Assembly: GCA_038239115.1 (NCBI GenBank)
Contig: JBBSFD010000013.1
Location: 2,560 to 66,559 of the forward strand
DNA length: 64,000 nucleotides
Source of the DNA: Candidatus Limnocylindrales bacterium
GTDB taxonomy: Bacteria > Chloroflexota > Limnocylindria > Limnocylindrales > CSP1-4
Reading direction: 5' to 3'
This document shows, in pieces, positions 26,495 through 35,212 of the stretch (position 1 is the stretch's first letter; the number at the start of each line of letters is the position of its first letter). A program made the translations under genes and the position numbers. The notes below the pieces were generated by a model. It did not search any database and had not been told where the DNA came from. It was given only the letters and a program-made list of their open reading frames with translations.

Positions 26495-28571
26495 TCAGGT
26501 GGACGGTCGAGAGGAGCAGGCCCAGCACGAGCAGCGAACCGAAGGTCAGGTGGAGCCGGGCGGTCTGGACATCGATCATCGCGATCGCTCGCTGCTGGCC
26601 CGTTGCGCCCAGCTCGGCCGATCGGATGACCTGCGCCAGGAAGGGCAGGGAGACGATGGCCAGCAACGTCTGGGGCGGCAGCCACCCGATCGCCACGCTC
26701 AGGCCGAGGGCCATGTAGGCGCCCAGGACCAGGGCGACGTAGAAGTAATGGGCGCGTTCACGACCGATCCGGGCCGACAGGGTCGAGATCCCGGCCCGGC
26801 TGTCCTCGCTGATGTCGCGCCACTCGTTGCCGTCCAGGATCGCCGCGACGAGCAGCCCCACAGGTACCGAGGCGGCCAGCGCAGTCGAGCTCCACGTCCC
26901 GGTGATCGCGAAGTACGTCCCGACAACCATCAAGGGCCCCATCAGCAGGAACACGATCGGCACGCCCATGGCGCGGTACTTGTACTCGAACGGCGGCGCT
27001 GTGTAGAAGTAGCCGCCCAGCAGCCCGAGGGCACCCAGGCCGATGATCGCCGGACCGCGCAGGGCGATCAGGTAGACCCCGACGAGCACGGCCAGGGCGA
27101 AGGCGACGAACGCAGCTACGAACGCCTGGCGCTCGGTCAGGCGGGCCTTGAGCAGGGCATGGCTGGCTCGCGGCGAGACGATCGTGTCGATGCCCTTCCG
27201 GACGTCGTAGATCTCGTTGATGATGTTCGTGCCTGAGTGCAGGAGCACGCCGCCGAGCATCGCTGCCAGGAACGGCAGCCAGCTGAAGTGCTGGTCGACG
27301 ACTGCGATCGCGCCGCCGGTCAGGACCGGGATGACCGAGGCGGTGTAGGCGAACGGCCGCAGGATCTCCCACAGTGCGCCGAGCCGCCGGCCCGCTCGAT
27401 CGCCCAGGCCCAGCCGGCGGTCGTCCGCCAGGCCGACCGGAGCCGTGGGGGACTCGTCTGAACCGGGGCCCGAAGCGGCGGCCACCTGCGGGACCGGGTC
27501 GAGTCGGACGCCAGTCCGCTCCCCAACGGGAGCCGGCAAGTCGGCGTACAGCCGGGCGGCCGCAATGAGCTCGTCGATCTGGCGGTCCTCCTGGAGGACC
27601 GGCTGGAGCAGCGGCAGGCCCAGGCCCGCCTCGCGGTGGAAGGCCATCGCCTTGGCCGCCACGTCCTCGCGCGTGCCACACAGCATGTAGGCGTCGAGCA
27701 GTTCGTCCGGGATCAGGGCGCCGGCTCCGTGGAAGTCCTCGGCTCGCCAGGCTGCGGCGATTCGATCGCGCAGCTCGGGCTCGAAGCCGGCCCGCTTGAG
27801 CGAGACGTCGCCCAGCACCGACATCATGTAGATCACGAACGGCTCACGCTTGGCCCGGTTGAGGGCTTCGCGCCGTGTCGAGTCGACGAGCGACAAGAGA
27901 TAGCCGGCGGTCTCGATCTCGCCCGGCTCCCGTCCCGCCTCGAGCGCCGCGGCCGAGAGCCGCTCGAGGATGCCCCGCAGCGAGGCGATTGACTCGGCCG
28001 GCCGGGCCAGGTAGCCATCGGCCTTCTGGCCGGCCAGGGTCACGAACTCGCGCCGGTAGGCCGCGATGTGGATCGGGATCCTGTGGGTCGGCGCGAACAT
28101 CGGCTGGATCGGCGGCAGGCCGGGGGTCGCCGATGGCAGGCGCTCGCCTCGCCAGAGCAGACGGATCTGGTCGATCGCGGTCGAGACCCGCTCGAGGGCA
28201 GCATCCGGCTCGTAGGGGATGCCCATCTGCTTAAGTCGGAGGGGCAGGCCGGTGCCCAGGGCCATCACGATCCGGCCCGGCAGGATCTCGTCCAGGGCCG
28301 ATCCGGTCATGGCCAGGACGACCGGGTGGCGGGTATTGGGGTTGACCGCGCCAAGGGCGACCCGGAATCCGCCTTCGGCCGTGTCGCCCTCGACTTCGAA
28401 CGCCCGGGCAATCGCGGTGGCGTAGGAGATCGCGTCGCGCTCGAAGTACGAGTCGTGGATCCAGACCGAATCCAGGCCGGCGTCACGGGCCTCGCGGGCC
28501 CAGCCAACGACATCGCCCACATCGTTGCGAGCGGCAAGCCCGAGTCCGATCGGGCGGGCGAGGCTGGTCAT
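26487..28571 (-). CDS. fusion protein: luciferase-like (LLM) flavin/F420 oxidoreductase N-domain plus MenA/UbiA-type prenyltransferase C-domain
   Basis: Start 28571 is preceded by GAAGGAAG. The N-terminal roughly 330 aa are LLM-like (DSVWIHDSYFERD). The C-terminal roughly 300 aa have UbiA motifs NIINEIYDVRKGID and NEWRDISEDSRAGISTL and the MenA-like FYTAPPFEYKY. It overlaps the CPBP gene by 8 nt. Confidence 0.8.
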   Translation of the reverse strand: MTSLARPIGLGLAARNDVGDVVGWAREARDAGLDSVWIHDSYFERDAISYATAIARAFEVEGDTAEGGFRVALGAVNPNTRHPVVLAMTGSALDEILPGRIVMALGTGLPLRLKQMGIPYEPDAALERVSTAIDQIRLLWRGERLPSATPGLPPIQPMFAPTHRIPIHIAAYRREFVTLAGQKADGYLARPAESIASLRGILERLSAAALEAGREPGEIETAGYLLSLVDSTRREALNRAKREPFVIYMMSVLGDVSLKRAGFEPELRDRIAAAWRAEDFHGAGALIPDELLDAYMLCGTREDVAAKAMAFHREAGLGLPLLQPVLQEDRQIDELIAAARLYADLPAPVGERTGVRLDPVPQVAAASGPGSDESPTAPVGLADDRRLGLGDRAGRRLGALWEILRPFAYTASVIPVLTGGAIAVVDQHFSWLPFLAAMLGGVLLHSGTNIINEIYDVRKGIDTIVSPRASHALLKARLTERQAFVAAFVAFALAVLVGVYLIALRGPAIIGLGALGLLGGYFYTAPPFEYKYRAMGVPIVFLLMGPLMVVGTYFAITGTWSSTALAASVPVGLLVAAILDGNEWRDISEDSRAGISTLSARIGRERAHYFYVALVLGAYMALGLSVAIGWLPPQTLLAIVSLPFLAQVIRSAELGATGQQRAIAMIDVQTARLHLTFGSLLVLGLLLSTVHLNG

Positions 28572-28718
28572 GGGTGCGCTTCCTTCGAGAGCTGCGGTTG
28601 GCTGGATTCTAGCCGTTTCCGGCCCCATTGGCTACTTCGCGCTAGCCAGTATTTTGGATTGCCTGGTCGCAACCCAAACCAGGGCTGGACCGAAGGCCGG
28701 CGTGCGACAATCCGGCCC

Positions 28719-29729
28719 ATGTCGATGGACGACCGCTTCGACGACCTGGCCGCCAGCCTCGGCGGCTTCTACCGGACCTGGGCGGCCTACCTCGGGATCG
28801 AGCTCGGCCTGTTCCGCCGGATCCGGGCCGCCGCGCCGTCGGGCCTGACCGCCGCCGGGCTGGCGGCCCAGGCCAGCTGCCAGGTCGACGTGGTCGACGC
28901 CTGGCTTCACCTGGCCCATGCCGTGGACCTGGTCGACTTCGACGGCGAGCGGGCCACCGTGGACGAGCACATCGCGGTGATCCTGCTCGATGACCAGCGC
29001 CCCGAATACCTCGGTGGCCAGTTCGTGTCGACCGTGGTCAGCAGCCTGGACCACGACGGGCTGGTCGAGTTCGCCCGGACCGGCCGCCCGATGGACACCC
29101 GCCCGGCCCGCTATCACCGGGCGATCGAGGCGCTCACCGCGCAGGACATCGCGGTCTTCTTCCAGGAAGGGCTGGCCGCCCTGCCCGACCTTGCCGCGAG
29201 CCTGTCCGGCGGCGGCCGAATCCTGGACGTCCACTGTGGTGGCGGCCGCTGGCTGATCGCGATGGCCACCAGGTTCCCGGAGACGACCTTGGTGGGCGTC
29301 GAGCTCGAGCCGGATTCGCTGGGCCGGGCCACCCGCCACGTCCAGGAGGCCGGACTGACCGGGCGGATCGCGATCGAGGGCCGGACGAGCGAGGACCTGC
29401 CCTGGCCGGCGAGCTTCGACCTGGTCTACTTCCAGGACGCGATCCACGATCAGGCCGATCCGGTCGCCTCGCTGCGCACGGCCTGGGCCTGCGTCCGGCC
29501 CGGCGGCCGCCTGATCGTGCTCGACTGGTGCCTGCCCGACTCGGCCGAGGAATCCCGCTCGATTCACGGCGCGATCACCTGGGGCATCCAGCTCGACCAG
29601 CTCTTCCAGGGCACCCGGCTGTGGAATCACGCCGGCTTTGCCAACCTGTTCGTGAGCGCCGGCATCGGCGAGCCTGGCGTGGTCGACCTGCCCTCCGGGG
29701 CCACCTTGTTCGTCGCCCAGCGCGACTGA
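28719..29729 (+). CDS. class I SAM-dependent methyltransferase with N-terminal winged-helix/dimerisation-like domain
   Basis: Start MSMDDRFDDLAASLGGFYRTW at 28719. SAM motif ILDVHCGGGRWL. The track start at 28068 is antisense to the LLM-UbiA gene. Confidence 0.8.
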   Translation: MSMDDRFDDLAASLGGFYRTWAAYLGIELGLFRRIRAAAPSGLTAAGLAAQASCQVDVVDAWLHLAHAVDLVDFDGERATVDEHIAVILLDDQRPEYLGGQFVSTVVSSLDHDGLVEFARTGRPMDTRPARYHRAIEALTAQDIAVFFQEGLAALPDLAASLSGGGRILDVHCGGGRWLIAMATRFPETTLVGVELEPDSLGRATRHVQEAGLTGRIAIEGRTSEDLPWPASFDLVYFQDAIHDQADPVASLRTAWACVRPGGRLIVLDWCLPDSAEESRSIHGAITWGIQLDQLFQGTRLWNHAGFANLFVSAGIGEPGVVDLPSGATLFVAQRD

Positions 29730-29763
29730 GCCGGCTCTGGCCCGCGACTGCGGCCCAGCATCC

Positions 29764-29977
29764 GGGGCCGCTGGCCGCTGGTTTCTGCCGAATATCAACG
29801 ACCGTAGTGTTAGGCGGACCTTGGGCGGACCGGACCTGGTGATTCGCCGGTTCAGGCGAGGGTTCGTGCCGGCTCAAGCACACCTCGAGCCGGTTCCGAG
29901 CCCCGTGGCCTGGCCGACGGGCAGAAAGCCGGCCCACGCTCGGCCTAAGACTACGGGGATTGCTAAACGCCAGAAAC
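29764..29977 (+). repeat. palindromic structured element, copy B (long subfamily)
   Basis: GGGGCCGCTGG(CCGCTGG)TTTCTGCCGAATATCAACGACCGTAGTGTTAGGC ... GCCTAAGACTACGGGGATTGCTAAACGCCAGAAAC. About 85% identical by eye to the reverse complement of copy A. Confidence 0.85.
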
Positions 29978-30317
29978 GAAGCCACGAACAGCGCGGTTCG
30001 CGGTCGAGTCGTGCTTGGCTCGGTCGAAGGCGGCGTCGAAGCCGAGGCCGGCGGCTCGGGTCGGCGGCCGGGCCCAGTCCGACCCCTATCCGATTCGAAT
30101 CCGGGTGCATGGTCACTGCCGGCGCAAGGCGCCGCCAAAGGCTCTTCACCTTGGCGCGAAGGCCCGCGATCGACGTGCCGTGCAGCCCGATTCACGCTCG
30201 GGGGTCGGTTGGAGGTCAGGCCCGTGGCGGCCCTCCGGCGATCGACCGAGGCCTTGGGCCCGATCCTCCGCCCATGGTGTCCATGCACGCGGAATCGAAG
30301 GCCACTAGCCCGGAGGC

Positions 30318-30860
30318 TTGCCTCGAGGGCCGTATCCTTCGAGGCCCATGACCTACGATCGACCCCAGATCGACTGGACGGATCTTCGCCTCCGCGGGCT
30401 CCTCGATGCATTGGGCCTCGAGGCGGGAATCTACGACATCGCGGCGATCGGCTGGGCGACCGTTGAGCTCGATCGAGCCGAGACGAGCCTGGCTGCGGAC
30501 TTCCAGACGACCTTCGAGCCGGCCGACCGGGACACGCTCCTCGGGGCTACCGTCCGCCGCTCGACGGGCAAAGAGCCGCGGATCCTCCTCCTGGAGCCCG
30601 ATACCGAGGGCCGCCTGGCGGGGGCGCTCGCCCGGCATGGCGAGGGGCCGCTCGCGCTCTACCTGCGAGGCGCAAGTGGAGCCCAGAAAGAGCCGCCGAA
30701 TACCCGCCTGGGCAGTGGCCCGTTCGGGCCGGAGCGCCTCGTCCTCGATGGCTCCCCGGCCGGCCCGTTCCTGATCCTGGTCGAGCCCGCCGAGCCCGCC
30801 ACCGACCCTGCCACCGGGCCCGCCCCCGAAAACACTGACCGGGTACCATCGGAGCCATGA
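30318..30860 (+). CDS. glyoxalase/VOC-like domain protein
   Basis: IAAIGWATVELDRAETSL..RILLLEPDTEGRLAGALARHGEGPLALYL. Pro-rich tail. Alternative start at 30348. Confidence 0.6.
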   Translation: MPRGPYPSRPMTYDRPQIDWTDLRLRGLLDALGLEAGIYDIAAIGWATVELDRAETSLAADFQTTFEPADRDTLLGATVRRSTGKEPRILLLEPDTEGRLAGALARHGEGPLALYLRGASGAQKEPPNTRLGSGPFGPERLVLDGSPAGPFLILVEPAEPATDPATGPAPENTDRVPSEP

Positions 30861-31303
30861 TCGACACCGACATCGCCCTGCGCCCGGCGACGATCGCCGA
30901 TGCCGAGCGAATTGCCGCCCTGTTCACCGACGAGGGCTATCCCGTCGGCGCGTCGGTCATCGAGAACCGCCTGGACCGATTCAGCACCGAAGATTCGACG
31001 GTCATCGTGGCCGACAACGGCGGCGAGATCCTGGGCTTCATCGCCCTCCACGAGGTGCCCCGTTTCGAGCACGACGAGTCGATCATCCGGATCGTCGCCC
31101 TCGTCGTCGACTCGACGGTCCGCGAGCGCGGGATCGGCCGGATCCTGATGGCCGAGGCGGAGCGGCTTGGCGAAGCCCGCCAGGCCGCGTTCGTCGAGGT
31201 CACCGCCGGTCACCACCGCCCGGCGGCCCGCCACCTGTACGAATCGCTGGGCTACGACGCCGGCTTGACCGGCTACCTGAGGAAGCGACTCCCTGGTCGC
31301 TGA
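30857..31303 (+). CDS. GNAT family N-acetyltransferase
   Basis: 148 aa. Acetyl-CoA motif VVDSTVRERGIGRILMAEAE. A 4-nt overlap with the upstream gene. Confidence 0.85.
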   Translation: MIDTDIALRPATIADAERIAALFTDEGYPVGASVIENRLDRFSTEDSTVIVADNGGEILGFIALHEVPRFEHDESIIRIVALVVDSTVRERGIGRILMAEAERLGEARQAAFVEVTAGHHRPAARHLYESLGYDAGLTGYLRKRLPGR

Positions 31304-31364
31304 GGAGTTTCCGTATCTCCGGCTGCGCAGTGCATCGCCGGCCCTGATCGGCCTGCCCTGGGAG

Positions 31365-32564
31365 ATGCCCCTCGAGGCCTGGACCGCCGGCCGGGCCGAC
31401 CTGCGCGAGCTGCCCATTGGCCCGTCCCGCCACCTCGTCCGCTTCGTCCAGGACGAGAGCCGCCTGATCGCCCTCAAGGAGGAGCCGATCGAGGTCGCCC
31501 GGCGCGAATATGAGGTCCTGCGCCGGCTCGAGAACCTGCAGCTGCCGGCCGTCCTGCCCCTCGGCCTGGCCGAGGTGCCCGGCCGGGCCACGGCGATCCT
31601 GGTCACCGAGTTCCTGGAGCACTCGCTCCAGTACCGGCGCTTGCTCATGCGCCTGCCGGCCGGGCCGTCGAGCGGGCGCGACCGGCTCCTCGACGCGATG
31701 GCCTCGCTCCTCGTCGACCTGCACCGGGGCGGGGTCTACTGGGGCGACTGCTCGCTGGCCAACACCCTGTTCCGGCGCGACGGCGACCTCATCCAGGCCT
31801 ATCTCGTGGACGCCGAGACGAGCGAGGTCCACGACCAGCTGTCGGACGGCCAGCGCGACTACGACCTCGAGGTCCTGGTCGAGAACGTTGCCTTCGGCCT
31901 GGCCGACCTGGCCGCCTACGGCGGCCGCGACCTGCCGGATGGCGGCGCCGAGGACCAGGCCATCAGCGAAGCGGAGAGCGTCCAGATCCGCTACCGGCAG
32001 TTGTGGGCCGAGCTGCACGCCGAAGTAGAGCTTGCGCCGGGCGACCGATTTGCCGTGGCCGCCCGGGTCCGGCGCCTGAACGACCTCGGCTTTGCCATCG
32101 ATGAGCTCGAGCTCGAGCCGGGCGGCAGCGGCGGCCGGCTGCGCTTCCGGATCGCGGTGGCGACCCGGCGCTTCCATGCCCGCGAGCTCGAGCGCCGGAC
32201 GGGCCTGGTCGCGCTCGAGGGCCAGGCCCGGATCCTGATGAACGACGTGCGCGAGTACCGCAGCTGGCTGCAGTGGTTCGAGCATCGCCGGATCGAGCGT
32301 CCCGAGGCCGCCCGGCGCTGGCTCGACGACGTCTATCGGCCGACAACCGCCCGGCTGGCGGTGGCGGTCGGCCCGGACCGCGACATCAGCCAGGCCTACT
32401 GCGATGTCCTCGAGCACAAGTGGCTGCTCTCGGAGCGGGCCGGCCGCGACGTCGGCCTGGAGGCTGCCCTGCAGTCCTACCTGGCCCTCGGCGCGCCGGC
32501 TCCGGAGATCGGCGCCGACCCGGCGGTCGACTCCGGATTCGAGGGCCTCGGCTCCCCATCCTGA
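31365..32564 (+). CDS. DUF4032 / lipopolysaccharide-kinase-like domain protein
   Basis: LVTEFLEHSLQYRRL and LHRGGVYWGDCSLANTLFRRDGDLIQAYLVDAETSE. The in-frame upstream peptide LRLRSASPALIGLPWE also looks family-like but has only CTG codons as candidate starts. Confidence 0.8.
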   Translation: MPLEAWTAGRADLRELPIGPSRHLVRFVQDESRLIALKEEPIEVARREYEVLRRLENLQLPAVLPLGLAEVPGRATAILVTEFLEHSLQYRRLLMRLPAGPSSGRDRLLDAMASLLVDLHRGGVYWGDCSLANTLFRRDGDLIQAYLVDAETSEVHDQLSDGQRDYDLEVLVENVAFGLADLAAYGGRDLPDGGAEDQAISEAESVQIRYRQLWAELHAEVELAPGDRFAVAARVRRLNDLGFAIDELELEPGGSGGRLRFRIAVATRRFHARELERRTGLVALEGQARILMNDVREYRSWLQWFEHRRIERPEAARRWLDDVYRPTTARLAVAVGPDRDISQAYCDVLEHKWLLSERAGRDVGLEAALQSYLALGAPAPEIGADPAVDSGFEGLGSPS

Positions 32565-32585
32565 GGGTCATGCGAGAATGAGGGC

Positions 32586-33548
32586 ATGACCACGACCGAG
32601 CCTGGCCCGGCCCCCGCGAGCCAGCCCGCCGCCGGTCCGGCGATTCGCGTCGTCGACGTGTTCAAGGCCTACGGCTCGGTCAAGGCCGTCAACGGTGTCT
32701 CGTTCGAGGTCGGCAAAGGCGAGGTCTTCGGCCTGCTGGGACCCAACGGCGCGGGCAAGACGACCACGGTCGAGATGCTCGAGGGCCTGCGCGCGCCCGA
32801 CTCGGGCCGGCTGGAGGTCCTGGGGATTGATGCCGCGCGCAACCCGGACGAGCTCAAGCAGCGGGTCGGGGTCACCCTCCAGACCGCCGAGCTCTACCCC
32901 AAGCTGACCGTGGTCGAGGTGCTCGACCTGTTCCGCAGCTTCTACCAGCGCTCGCTGCCGACCGAGCAGCTGATCGAGTTCCTGGACCTGGGCGAGCGCA
33001 AGAACGCCCAGACCCGCCAGCTCTCGGGCGGCCAGCGCCAGCGCCTGGCCGTGGCCCTGGCCCTGGTCAACGATCCCGAGGTGGTCTTCCTCGACGAGCC
33101 GACGACCGGCCTCGACCCGGCCGCCCGGCGCTCCCTGTGGGACCTGGTGCAGCGGCTCCAGGCCCAGGCCAAGACGATCCTGCTGACCACCCATTACATG
33201 GAAGAGGCGGAGGTCCTGTGCGACCGGCTGGCGATCATGGACCACGGCAACATCCTGGCCCTGGGCACGGTCCATGACCTGGTCTCGAACCGGTTCAAGG
33301 ACCGCTCCGTCCGGTTCGACCGGATCGAGGCGCTGGGGGACGCCCAGCTCGAAGGGCTGGCGGGCGTCCAGTCGGTCAAGCAGGACGACGGCGAGACGAT
33401 CCTCTACACCCAGGATGTGTCGGGCACGATCGCCGGCCTGCTGGCCGCGACCGAGGCCCTGGGCGTAGAGCCGGGCAACCTCGGAATCCGGCGGCCGACC
33501 CTCGAAGACCTGTTCCTGGACCTGACCGGCCGGGCGCTCCGGGACTAG
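32586..33548 (+). CDS. ABC transporter ATP-binding protein (ABC-2 exporter type)
   Basis: Walker A GPNGAGKTT, signature LSGGQRQRL, Walker B VVFLDEPTTGLD. Confidence 0.9.
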   Translation: MTTTEPGPAPASQPAAGPAIRVVDVFKAYGSVKAVNGVSFEVGKGEVFGLLGPNGAGKTTTVEMLEGLRAPDSGRLEVLGIDAARNPDELKQRVGVTLQTAELYPKLTVVEVLDLFRSFYQRSLPTEQLIEFLDLGERKNAQTRQLSGGQRQRLAVALALVNDPEVVFLDEPTTGLDPAARRSLWDLVQRLQAQAKTILLTTHYMEEAEVLCDRLAIMDHGNILALGTVHDLVSNRFKDRSVRFDRIEALGDAQLEGLAGVQSVKQDDGETILYTQDVSGTIAGLLAATEALGVEPGNLGIRRPTLEDLFLDLTGRALRD

Positions 33549-33551
33549 CCC

Positions 33552-34658
33552 ATGCAGGCCCTGATCGCCCTGAGCATCGCCAATATCCGGAGCTTCATCC
33601 GTGACCGGGCGGCCCTGTTCTGGACCTTCGCGTTCCCCCTGATCTTCGTGGTCCTGTTCGGGCTGATCTTCCAGGGCGGTGGCCAGACCCTCAAGCTGGC
33701 CTGGGTCGACCTCGACCAGTCCCGCGGCCCGACCGGGTCGATCTCGCTGCGCGCGGCGTTCGCCTCGATCGATGGCGTGGACCTGACCGATGAGGACCTG
33801 ACCGCGGCGATGGACGGGATGAAGACCGGCAAGTTCGACGGGATCCTCGAGGTTCCCCAGGGCTATGGCGCCACGGTCGCGGCCGCCGCCGCGCCGGGTG
33901 CCACGCCGGCCGCGCCGACCAGGATCACGGTCTACACCGACCCGACCCAGGCCTCGACCGCGGGCATCGTCCAGCAAGTCGTCGGCAGCGTGCTGGGTGC
34001 GGTCAACCTCGGTGGCCGGCCCCCGGTCGTGGAGGCCAACGTGACCACGATCCAGACCCAGAACCTGACGATCATGAGCTACCTGGTGCCGAGCATCCTG
34101 GGCATGGCCTTGATGCAGCTGGGTGTGTTCGCGGCGATCCCGCTCGTTGCCGACCGCCAGAAGATGATCCTCAAGCGCCTCAACGCCACGCCCCTCCATC
34201 GCTGGCAGCTGGTCGGCAGCAACATCGTGATGCGCCTGCTCATCGGGATCATCCAGACGGTCATCATCGTCGCGGTGGGGACCGCCCTGTTTGGACTGCA
34301 GGTGACCGGCAGCCTGTTCCTGCTGTCGATCCTGGTCGTGCTGGGCGCCCTGGCGTTCATCTCGCTGGGCTACGTCATCGCCTCGTTCGCGCCCACCGAG
34401 GACGCCGCCAACAGCATGACCAGCGTCGTCCAGTTCCCCCTGATGTTCCTGTCGGGCACGTTCTTCGTGATCGACCAGATGCCCCAGCCGCTCCAGGTCG
34501 TGGCCCGCTTCCTGCCGCTCACGTACCTGTCCGACGCGCTGCGCCAGGTGATGGTCAACGGCTCCGCGTTCTCGCCGCTGTGGTTCTGCTTCGCCGTGCT
34601 GATCGGCTGGACGGTCGTCTGCTTCGGGATCTCGGCCCGCTTCTTCAAGTGGCAGTGA
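33552..34658 (+). CDS. ABC-2 family transporter permease
   Basis: 368 aa. An N-terminal TM segment, a large loop and a C-terminal cluster of TM helices. Immediately follows the ATPase. Confidence 0.85.
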   Translation: MQALIALSIANIRSFIRDRAALFWTFAFPLIFVVLFGLIFQGGGQTLKLAWVDLDQSRGPTGSISLRAAFASIDGVDLTDEDLTAAMDGMKTGKFDGILEVPQGYGATVAAAAAPGATPAAPTRITVYTDPTQASTAGIVQQVVGSVLGAVNLGGRPPVVEANVTTIQTQNLTIMSYLVPSILGMALMQLGVFAAIPLVADRQKMILKRLNATPLHRWQLVGSNIVMRLLIGIIQTVIIVAVGTALFGLQVTGSLFLLSILVVLGALAFISLGYVIASFAPTEDAANSMTSVVQFPLMFLSGTFFVIDQMPQPLQVVARFLPLTYLSDALRQVMVNGSAFSPLWFCFAVLIGWTVVCFGISARFFKWQ

Positions 34659-34680
34659 CAGCGGACTGATTTCGGACCGG

Positions 34681-35212
34681 CTACCAGCGTTCCTCGTGGA
34701 CGATCTCGCTGGCCGGGCGCCGGCCGCCGGCCCGGAGCGGGCGGTCGAGATCGTCCGGACTGGCCGGATAGCCGAACGACAGCAGGAACTCGCAATGCTG
34801 CCCGGCCGGGTAGCCCAGCAGCTCCTGGCAGAGGGCGTGCTCGTAGACGGTTGCGGGCACGCTGCCGATGCCCAGCTCCCAGGCCACCAGCATCATCGCC
34901 GCCGCGGCCTGGCCCAGGTCGAACAGGATCGACGGGGGCGCATCCGGGCCGGACGGGTCGGGCGTGACCAGGGCGATCGCCAGGGCCGCCCCGGCCAGGT
35001 GACCGGCAAACGGCCCGACCTTCGAGAGCTGGGCCAGGTGCGCCCGGTCGCGGCAGACGATGAACGACCAGCGCTGGAGGTTCTTGGAGCTGCCGCTGCG
35101 CCCCGGCCTCGAGGATCCGCTCGAGGTGAGCCGGCTCGAGCGGCCGGTCCGCGAAGGCACGGATCGCCCGTTTCGCCCGAACCGCCTGCCAGACCGCGTC
35201 GGTCGATGTCAC
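34681..35212 (-). pseudogene. nitroreductase-family gene with an apparent +1 frameshift in a C4/G4 run
   Basis: The N-terminus (GTG 35212, TSTDAVWQAVRAKRAIRAFADRPLEPAHLERILEAG) is in one frame. The rest (SGSSKNLQRWSFIVCRD...EIVHEERW, ending 34681) is in another. Deleting one C of CCCC 35101-35104 gives ILEAGRSGSSKNLQRW. Length 532 = 3n+1. Confidence 0.7.

Noticed and set aside
28068-28718. N-terminal 217 codons of ORF 28068..29729
   Set aside because: Antisense to the LLM-UbiA fusion gene. The methyltransferase homology begins at Met 28719.
29806-29950. GTTAGGC ... GCCTAAG in copies A and B resembling integron attC core / inverse-core sites
   Set aside because: The boxes are in the wrong order for attC (GTTRRRY would have to be at the 3' end). 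They are internal to the stem rather than at its base. The short subfamily lacks them, and there is no intI gene.
30093-30103. TTCGAATCC T-loop-like string suggesting a tRNA or tmRNA fragment after repeat copy B
   Set aside because: The flanking bases do not form a T stem or an acceptor stem. No cloverleaf can be drawn.
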